A DNA stretch of 63,264 nucleotides, the filler included, from Intoshia linei (taxonomy: Eukaryota > Animalia > Orthonectida): NCBI GenBank assembly GCA_001642005.1. It is 4 parts of 4 records of this genome, joined end to end, with 100 filler letters (N's around TTAATTAATTAA, not from the genome) between each part and the next. Parts side by side here need not be neighbours in the genome. Positions count along the whole stretch, not along the records: positions 45,624 to 63,264 come from LWCA01000799.1; 3 more parts are not named here. One strand, given 5' to 3'. Below, piece by piece: positions 53,507 through 63,264 of the stretch; position 1 is the stretch's first letter; each line of letters starts with the position of its first letter. The notes below the pieces were generated by a model. The model was not told where the DNA came from. It was given only the letters and a program-made list of their open reading frames with translations, and ran no database searches. Made by a program: the position numbers and the translations under genes.

Positions 53507-56500
53507 ATGGATGAAAATTTAATTGAGTTTGTGGAAAATAATGAAATGTACTGTGCCTTGAATAAGGACATTAATCGACAAGTCAATGTTTACAATAATA
53601 TTATAAATACTTTGGAAGAGAAAATTACAGTAACGGTATGATTCAAAATTATTTACAAGTTATAAAATGTAAACATGATGTCAATTGATTTGTTAAAATA
53701 TTTATACATTTATTTTATAAATACAGCTACATAATTACAATTATACTTTAATACATATTGATGTTATTTTTTATTGAATTTTAAGGGTACTAGAAAATAT
53801 GAAATGGAATGTTCTACAGAAAGTTTAATGTTTGCAATTACAAAATTGAACGTAATTTAGATACAATATGATATGTATATTTTTTAAATTAGGCTAGGTG
53901 CACCGAAATTAATAATGGAAATATTCTCATCAAGCAGTGTCAAAGTCGTGTAACTAGTAGGCAAGTTTATTCATTGTGTCACTATATTAGCGGCTTCTGA
54001 ATTGGGCGATTTTGTCATAATTATACAAAGTTAAAAGGTTTACACTGATATGGATATGAGTAAGATTAATTGTGGAGTTACATTACAATTCCTCTAAATT
54101 TTCACAGTATTAACATATAAAATTAAATGAAAAAGTATCCATTTTTTATTCTATAACAGGGGTCGGCAACCTTTTGAATTTCGTGATCACTTTTTTATAT
54201 TAAAAAAGTATATAGGCCCTGTTGTTGAAAATTTACACATGATAGATTTCAATTTTAACTTAAGAGAAACATTTCTAGTATATTCAAGAAAATAAAATCC
54301 AGGACGATCTGAAAATTCAGTATTAAAATGATTATAATGAGTCAATTATAGTAGAAAATGTTTATAACGGAGTTTTAAAGTCGAAAAATTTAAAAATAAA
54401 TAATTCCACATTTACTCAAAGGGCCACCAAAATTATTCTGTGTGCCACTGGTTGCCACCCCTATTCTATAATTTACAAATAATATTAAATATATATGATA
54501 GTTTTTCTATTTTGTACCTAGTACTAAGAGTAATTAGCTGTGCTGAGGGTGGAGTCTAAATATATATTTTTGGGATTGTCAGGTTTCTAAATAAAATGGT
54601 TATAAACAAACTAATATTTTTAATAATTTTTACTTTATATAAGTAAGGATTTGGCGTCGTTACTGTTTACGACACGACGATACTTTTCAATTATAACTTG
54701 ATTCAAGACATGTAAAATGTTTTTACATAAATATTTTAACATATTTCAATAGTGATTGAATAAGTATTAATAGTTATTGCATAAGTAATAAAATATTTTG
54801 ACATATGTTAATAGTGACTGAATAACAGTCAATCGAGATCTTAAAACCCTATATATTTTTAATAGTCAAGATTGTTTATTAAATATACAAAGTCACGTAC
54901 AAAAACTTTTGGATCTATTTAACAATATATTGGAAAAATGTAATATTTTAATTATATAATATAAATTTGACAATTAAAATTTTGTTGCTGGGAAAAAATT
55001 ATATATCGAAAATCTGAAGCATCACATTGATGTTTTTAAAATTTTTTAAATTGATTTTTTGAGAAATTAATATTTTTTAATTTTTGTTTATTTGTGCCCT
55101 ATTTATGTTTGTAATTGCTTATTTTTTATTGCCTTATTTGTGTTTATTTGTATTAAATTGATAATCACTTTATAATGTGTAAATTTAATCAATTTGTAAT
55201 TATAAAGGATTTTCCATTTTAGATGGAAAACGATTTGTTTATATCAATAATTTGTACAGCTGTAAAAAAAGGAATGATATAAAAAAACAAGAATGCCTTA
55301 CTAAAAGCGTTTGTCATCATATCTATCATAATATATAAAATACCCATATATGTGACTAAAAAATTATTTGTCCAGTGATGTCTATTTTTTGTCAAATTTT
55401 GGCTAACAATGGATAATAAATCTGTATAAAATTTTTTATATACATTGTTAGAGATAATATACATTTTTTTAAAGTAATATGGATTTTTCAGAAACTGTTA
55501 ATAGTATGAATGAATTATTTTATTTTAGTTTTCAGTGTTCACCAATTACATTTTATGCCACCTGTATTTCTTTAATTTAAATCTTTTCTAATTACTAATT
55601 AAAACTTAATAATTTTACTTTAGATACATACTTTAAAAGATGAAATAGACATTCTGATGGCAAAAGAGTTAAGCAATAGAAATATTGTATCTGAATTGAT
55701 ATGTGAAGACAAGGTATTATGTTTATTAATACTATTAGCATATTATTAATTATAAAAATGACAAATTTACGAATCTTAAATTGAGGCATTTAATTAATAC
55801 ATTAATGATTGGTATCCGACAATAATTAATGTTAAATCTTAAGATTAATGAAGTTCAAGAATTAATAAATTCATCCCGCATAATTGAAATCAAAACTCAA
55901 CAAGACATTGAATTTATGGAATTAAAGGTATTTGAAATTTTTTTGATATTTTATTTACAATTTCATTTAGTTAGAAAAGCTAAAGAAAAAATATATTCAA
56001 TTAAGCGATGAAAATTTAAATAAATCAAATGAAATTAAAGAATTGGTTATCATTTTAAATTATATATTAGATCTAAGATTTTGATATTTCAGTTTTTCGG
56101 TCAATTCAGATATGTCAAATAAACGGATATAAATAATATTCATATTAATATGATTTCACTAATAATATTATGAGATAATACATATTCACTAAAAATATAA
56201 CATCATATATGGTGTATTACATTATAAAATTAATATATAACTACATTGTTACTTATTAAGGATATTATTATTATTACTTGTATTACTTATGTAATAATAA
56301 TTTTATTTACTAATTTAAATAGTATAATAATGTATATAAAATAATATATCATTGTAAGTATAAATAATTGTTGATGAAAGGTGGAAGAATTGCAAAATAA
56401 ACTAGAAAACAAGGATGTTGAAAATGAACTAAATGAAAAAATCCAGAATTTAGAAACTGAGGTTATAATTTCAATGTACTTGATCTGATTTTATCCATAG

Positions 56501-57428
56501 TATAACAATAAAAATAAAGAAATGACCATTGCTCAATATGATTTACTTAAATCAAAGGATTCTTTAATTGCATTAAAAATAAAATTAAACGACATATCGA
56601 AAGACGTAAACTAAAGTATGCAATATATTAATAACTATAATAGATTAATGAAAAATATGTAAAAAATACTGACTATGAAACAATGAAGGAAATGAAAAAA
56701 GCCAAACTGAAAAAAATTGAATTATCAGTATTATATAAAAAAATATAAATAACTAATAATAATAAGAATTAAAACTTCAATTGAATAAAATAAAATATTA
56801 ATGTTTGTATACTTATTATATTTAGACTGAAACTAAAAGGAAAAGTAGAATTGTTAGACCAACTGTTTTGGACAAAAAACAAAATTACTATGACGTAATT
56901 AAATATATAAGTACATTGATATATTATTAATGTATACAAAGAAGCCTCATAAGAATACAAATTATTTGTTGAAAATAGTGATTTTTAACACTTTTATTTT
57001 AATTTTCAATAATAAATTTTTAATTTTTTAGGAATTTATTCACAGTGCTTCAAGCGAAGATTTAATGGTTCAATATTTAAGTATTATTATTTATACACGC
57101 ATAGATATCTGATAACAATTCATACGAGAATGTTCCAATGATGGACCAAAAAATGATGAAAAATGTAATATTTGCAAATTCTATTATTTCCTACCCTTTC
57201 ATAAATTATACTTTATAGAAAAAAAAGATGGTACGAACTAAAACAAGAGTAAGCATTGCTAATCGTTCAAAATCAATAACACCAAAAAAAATGAAAAAAA
57301 CTAGAGATAATAGTGGAATTGATGAAATAAATTCAAGTTATAGTAAGTTTGAATTGATGAATTCACCATCAAAATCGAGAAAAACACAAAACAAAAAAGC
57401 AAATACAAGTATATTTGATTTTATATGA
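53507..57428 (+). CDS. Coiled-coil protein with a basic C-terminal tail, many micro-exons
   Basis: MDENLIEFVENNEMYCALNKDINRQVNVYNNIINTLEEKITVT|..|INEVQELINSSR..|LEKLKKKYIQLSDENLNK..|VEELQNKLENKDVENELNEKIQNLETE|..KKANTSIFDFI*; short GT-AG introns. Confidence 0.65.
54157..54463. mobile_element. hAT-type MITE
   Basis: TIRs CAGGGGTCGGCAACC / GGTTGCCACCCCTA; perfect TSD TTCTATAA. Confidence 0.85.
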
Positions 57429-57496
57429 TTTTTATTATTAAATTATTAACATTTATATTTTTTACTGAACGGTTTAATATTAAACTAATCATGTTT

Positions 57497-60192
57497 TTAC
57501 AAATTGTTATGATTTAAATAATTTGATACACATCGGTTGCTATCATTTATGGACAAAGTAAGTTTTAAAGCCTTTTTGGAAACTGTTGTTTCAACAAACT
57601 AAATAATAAAATGTACATTTTATACAATATTTTGAGAGGTATCATACCAAATGGTATAATAATTTTAAATGATATATCACAACTGTCGTTAATGGGTTAT
57701 TTTTTTATTCTTTGATGGCGAACTGGTAGTTTCGAAAAATTTGATTTTTCCAATGTACCTCTAATTTTTAACTATTTTGATAATATCTAAGGGACTTTGG
57801 GATATTATTTTATATTTTATAGATATGATTATTGTAAAAAATAAATTTAACGTTGTATATAACATTTCAAAATGTATATAAATGTATGTTACATACATAT
57901 CTGTATAATATTTGTTATATTATAAAAACAATGTATGATGATCAACAAAATCAAAGCTATCAAACTCATAGTTTTGTAATTGCTTAAGTGTGTTAATTTA
58001 GTAGAATGAATAGAAGATCAAAATGAATTTTCTTTATACTACACATTTTTGATAACTAAAAATGAATAACAAATACCTTTATTATGATCAAAAAGGTGAG
58101 AACAATGACTGCATACAGTAATACAGTTAATTGATTCACCAATTGCTGATATATTGGACTCGTATCAAAAATAGTCTCATTCAATACGTATCCAACTGGT
58201 ATAGGTACCATCAATGAAATTGTAAAAAATGCAAAAATGGTATTGTAGCCATTTAATCCATCACTAAATTTTTGATTTATTTGAATTAACATTATTTTTA
58301 CACTATAACATTCATTAAAATCAAAACTAATGAACATATCAAGAATACACTATGATACCCCAGTATGGCCCATTTCCAGATATTATTGTATTGGCCAGTA
58401 CATATATAATTTCCCTATAAATTTTTATTAAATATAGTAATTAATTTTTATTACATTTTGAGTTTCGATCGTGAAAGGATTTAATACGAACCAACATGTT
58501 AAGATTCCGACAGCTATAAGAATAAAAATTAAATGGAATAAGGTTACTATCCATTCTTTTCTTATTAGCTAAAGTGAGGTGATAAAAAATAATAATAAAA
58601 AGAATTGTAAGATACATATTTAAGAATGTTAATTTCAAATACCTTAAAATTTGAGGTTTTTTTCCCATAAAACAGTAATGATCCACTACGTAAACACAAA
58701 CCAAATACAATTAACGTCAGAGCAATTGTTATAAGAGTTGTATGTACCTTTTTAAATTGTTATAATATGCAATATATTTATTTTATGGAATCCATTTTAC
58801 ATATATATTTTCTAAAATAACCTGGCATATATTCAAAAAGTTTTTTGTTGGAGCCCACGTTTTATCAACATTAAAAAATAAGGCACATATTGCTAAGAGT
58901 ATACTAGCCAATACCATTGGCTGTTCAGTTGAGTATCCACCTCTATATAAAAATATATTAATATACAATTTAAGATATATTTTAGTTAACCTAAAATTAA
59001 ACTAAGTGACAAACTACCTGAAATGCGCTGTTGAACATCACAGAAAAAATTTTAAAAGAGTCATCCGATAAATTTTGAAATTATATTTTTTGGGCCTCAA
59101 CCCAATTTGTTTTAATCACCCTGATGTATAATATATCAGGGACAGCCACACTTTCTTTACGACGAAATTTATTTATTTAGATTTGAAAATAAAATATCCT
59201 CTAAAAAGTCCCTTGCCATTTTTGTTCTCTTGCAACTATCTATAGTTTTTAAAATATTGAAGGAACGTTCTACAGATACCTGGGAGCAGGGAATTACCAA
59301 TATAACCATAGAAATCTGAAATAACATAGGCATTGATTCTTTAAAAATATTCCACTGTTTTATTGGACTGATTGCATAATCAATTTCTATATCATAAGAA
59401 ATGTAATTATTAATTTTTGCTAATTAATAAGTCAAGCTCAAAAATTTTTTGCATAATGCTTAACACAATACTCAAGCTCGAAAAAAATTTTACACAATAC
59501 TCAAAACAAACTCACGATTGTGCACTTTTTTGCACAATGAGCATGCTCAACACAAAACTCATTGAGTTTTGTGCCACCTCTAGTTATAATGTGTCAAATT
59601 TTTAGAAATATTGTCGCTCTAGAAATTATCTCAAAATTGGTAACATTAAATATATTTAGTAAATATATTTATTATTATACTATTAATAATATTATTTACG
59701 TATATATTTTTAGCTGGGTTGATGAATTGGCTTAATTTTTGTATTTTTAAATTTGGATTAGAAAATGGTTGCTCATTTTATAAATGGATTGTAATATTAT
59801 GCAACTACGAATGAAAAGTTAGAATGTAGAAAATTCATACATGCATCTTAAAATACTATTAATATACACATGATGTACTACAGTAACTTTTGACATGTAT
59901 TCATTTATCTTACATTTGTAATATTATATCTAAAATAGGGTATTGTTAAAATAACAGGTTATACATATTAAGATGTAAATACAGAGATAAACGCCCGTGA
60001 ACTATATATAAAATAAATAAAAAATTACCTAACCAACATACTATTAATATTAAAGGCTTCAGTTGTAAATAAAATTATTGCTACTGCAAATATACATATG
60101 GCACAAACACCAGAAATGGTGCCATTAATATTAATGACATTGCCGTCGAGTTTGAGGTAGTACGGCAATGAAAAATTTGAAATCCAAAACAT
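57497..60192 (-). CDS. Class C GPCR 7TM protein (GABA-B/GPR156-like), multi-exon
   Basis: MVLASILLAICALFFNVD (TM2); NICQ|VHTTLITIALTLIVFGLCLRS (TM3); ILTCWFVLNPF (TM4); EIICTGQYNNIWKWAILGYHSVFLICSLVLI (ECL2 Cys + TM5, cf. EHCxxxxxxIWLGIVYAYKGLL); TM6/7 ending TFLIIIK. TM1 candidate at 60030-60192. Gene ends are approximate. Confidence 0.65.
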
Positions 60193-61699
60193 TTATACTG
60201 GTATTATTTTGATGAATTTGAATTTGTACACTTGGGTTTACTGTTGCATGGAAAGTAACGTTACAATCAATAATTTATAAAATTTAACGAATATAATTTC
60301 GAATTAAGGTAAACAATGAGTGGCCTAATTAATTTAAATCTATTGTATTTCTTTAAAGGATTGAATAAATTACAATTTTAATTGACTCATTTCATTTATG
60401 TGACATTCAATATATAATATTTAGGTTAAAACTTTATCAACATTCAAAAATAATTAATTTAGTGATTAATTTTAATTGTTAACATTTTACCAGTTATTAA
60501 ATAGTATTGAACAATTCTTATTAGAACCAACAATAGTTTTCAATAATAATCTAATTCAACATTACCCAAATATTTTTGCAGACCACAATCGACCACCTTA
60601 AAAGTTATTATTGCGGGCCAGATGAAAAACATTAGTCAATTATCCTTATACTGATTTAAAATATTTTATAAGGTTTTAATCATTATTTTTTTATACACTG
60701 CAATTAGGGTTAACAATTCACTATACAGTGAGGCCTCTCAATACCGTCAATTTTGGTATTTCAATATTTATGGAGATATTGAGAGTATATCGTTATAAGA
60801 ACAGTTAAACAATAAACATAAATATGTAACGTAAAATAACGAAAAAACGATAATTCAACAAACAAAAACAATATAATAGAATGAAATTAATACACTATAA
60901 ATGATATATAATTATTATCTTGAGAATACATACAACTAAGAATTGTAAATAATTTTATATTTTAAAATAATCCCTTATATCCTTTTTCCTCTTTCCATCT
61001 AACATTAATGCTTTACTATGCATATCCATTAACCTGTGTCCTTATTCAAACTAATAAAAGTAGCCCTATGGTAAACATAAAACTTTTTACTGCGAACAAG
61101 ATGATGTGATTGAAATGTTTCAATTCTTAAAATGATTACCAACTTTTTGTATTTTAAAAATATCAAATTTTAATAGTAATAAATTAAAGACCTTTAAGTT
61201 TATAAAAATAAATTGTGATGACCACTAAGATAAATCATATGTTAGATTAGTCACAGGGCACCTTTACTATTTGTAATGAATTAAGTCTATTCAGTAAGGT
61301 ATAGATGTATTATTAACACTTTTAAATATTTTTATAAGTTTTTGACAAGTTGATAATGAATGTATAATAAATCAGGTTCTTTTCATAATATCCATGAGGA
61401 TACTACACTTTTTCCCTAAGAGAAATTTGAAGAGTAGTAAACTTGTTATTGTGCATTTGCGTTAATGATATCAGAAATATTTTTCAAAACAAAATTTTCT
61501 CCGAACATTTTGTCGGCCTGAGATATAATCATCTGTAATTGTGTGGGATAAATATGTTCTTTAATGTGTAAAGCTCTACGAGGCAAGGTATCGGTATCAG
61601 TATTGCTTTTGATATTTATTGATGTATTATAATCGACATAGCGCTTAGATAAATTCATTTTACGCTTTGGCCTTTCTCTATACAAGTCGTGACTTTTTG

Positions 61700-63076
61700 A
61701 TTTAACAGGAGTATTAGGCACGTACGAGTCGTGTTTTAAATGAGATTTTTGGAGTTTTTTATCAAAATTACGCTTCATGGATTTGGTGTATTTTTTTATA
61801 TATTCGTTTACTTTAATTTTTATGGAATTTTTATCTTGTTTACCGAATACACGTTCCATGGGAGAGATTCCGGTACGGGATGATGGTAATATTCTGAATG
61901 AATAAGTAATTTCGTCCAGTCTTTCATCCCAGTCATCAAATTCTATATTGTACAAAATTCTAAATTTTTCCATTATAGTACGATTAATTTGTTCTACCTT
62001 CTTGTTTTCATTGTGCCTGTAAGGCGAAGAATTCGATTTAATAATACCAAGTGTGTCACATAATTCTTTGACGGCACATAAATGGACGACTTGAATTGCT
62101 TCCCTAAATCCGTTTGTATTTGAACAGGGGGTCCATAGTTTAATATTATAGATTTATATATGGCTTTAGATACGGTTTCGGCTGATATATTATCGACGGC
62201 TACACTTTCTAGCATTCCGGAATAATGATCTATCATATTTATAAGATATTTATTTCCATTTTTTGAAATGGGTAGTGGTCCCATAATATCTATTTGCCAC
62301 AGGTCGTTAAATTTTGATGAAATAACAGGTTTCAATAGTTTTACGTGCATGTGATTTCGGTGTTTTGATTTGTTACACCTATTGCATCCGTTTAAATATT
62401 CTCGTAAATCTCTACTCAGATAAGGCCAGTTATACCGTTTTTTTATCATTTGATATAATTTAGAAAGACCGGGATGGCAATATAGTATAGAATTATGATA
62501 GTATTTAATTATGGTATTTGTCATAGAACTAGGTACTATCAATCTAGATACACCATTAATTACCTGATAAATTACATTGTTTTTTGCTATCAAGGTTTTA
62601 CGCAAATTGTAATATTTATCGTTTTTGATCAATGGACTTTTATTTATTAATTTATTATATGTCTGTTTACATTCCGAATTATTAAATTGTGCCGTTTTAA
62701 TGTCGAATAGTTCACTTTGTATCTCGAGTTTATTGACTGCGTTATTTATCTCTGATGGTATTCTTGATAACAAATCTGCAGTATAATTTAGAGAACCAGG
62801 TCGATAATTAATATCCAATTCATAAGATTCTAACTTTTCCAGCCATCGATATTTCTGGTGTGGTAGATTATTTGCATTTTTAATGTTATAATTTTTTAAT
62901 TGGGTTATGATCAGTAATGATAGTACATTTTTTTCCAGATACATAATATTTCCATTTTTGTACCGCCCAATAAATTGCAAGAAATTCCTTTTTGAACGTA
63001 CAGTATCTTCTTTCCGTAGGTGTAAACGATTTACTGGTATATTCCACGACTCTTTGATTTTGAAGAAGGACTGCAC
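61700..63076 (-). mobile_element. Decayed Ty3/gypsy LTR-retrotransposon pol (RNase H tail + integrase)
   Basis: RWLEKLESYELDINYRPGSLNYTADLLSR; HHCC finger YYHN..HPGLSK..CNRC; WQIDIMGPLP..NKYLINMIDHYS..IQTDLGKQF; frameshift at ~62075, then KVEQINRTIMEKFR..DDWDERL..YSFR..TGISP. RT is largely deleted and no LTR was identified. Confidence 0.92.
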
Positions 63077-63264
63077 CTATTCCCTGTTTTTATGCATCCG
63101 TTTCTATCGTGAATTCACTTTTGCAATCTCCGATTTTCATTACTGGTGGATTAGTTAACTCTTTCACTGTCTAAATAAATTTTATGGTTCTCACCACACG
63201 TCGACAATTTAATTTGAATTTATGCCATTTAAAATGATCTAATATGAAAATATCACTAATGTTA

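Noticed and set aside
57228-57428. ORF starting MVRTKTRVS, resembling a histone H3/CENP-A tail
   Set aside because: No histone fold; it is the last exon of the coiled-coil gene (acceptor at ~57219).

Overview
This is AT-rich, intron-containing eukaryotic (animal) DNA, not prokaryotic. It consists of four contigs (1-17553, 17654-25671, 25772-45523, 45624-63264) joined by three identical artificial 100-nt spacers (44N-TTAATTAATTAA-44N), so adjacency across the spacers is not established. Many introns are only about 33-46 nt, which suggests a compact, highly divergent genome; an orthonectid such as Intoshia would fit, but that is inference only. Manual splicing recovers these genes: an NCOA/taiman-type bHLH-PAS coactivator (-), NIPP1/PPP1R8 (-), CEP350-like (+, truncated), the 3' end of tomosyn/STXBP5 (+), PFKFB (+, truncated), ACSBG (+), RECQL4-like (-), an alpha-arrestin-like gene with lesions (+), EXD1-like (+), a coiled-coil gene (+) and a class C GPCR 7TM apparently lacking a Venus flytrap domain (-). 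Longer introns are filled with hAT MITEs, Tc1/Tigger remnants, foldback/Mutator-like elements and one abundant unclassified repeat. A decayed Ty3/gypsy pol lies at the right end. The most notable observation is the RECQL4-like gene: it keeps the Sld2-like N-terminus, Zn knuckle and C-terminal domain, but helicase motifs I, II and VI all appear erased, making it a candidate pseudohelicase. All homology calls rest on motifs recalled from memory; no database searches were run.
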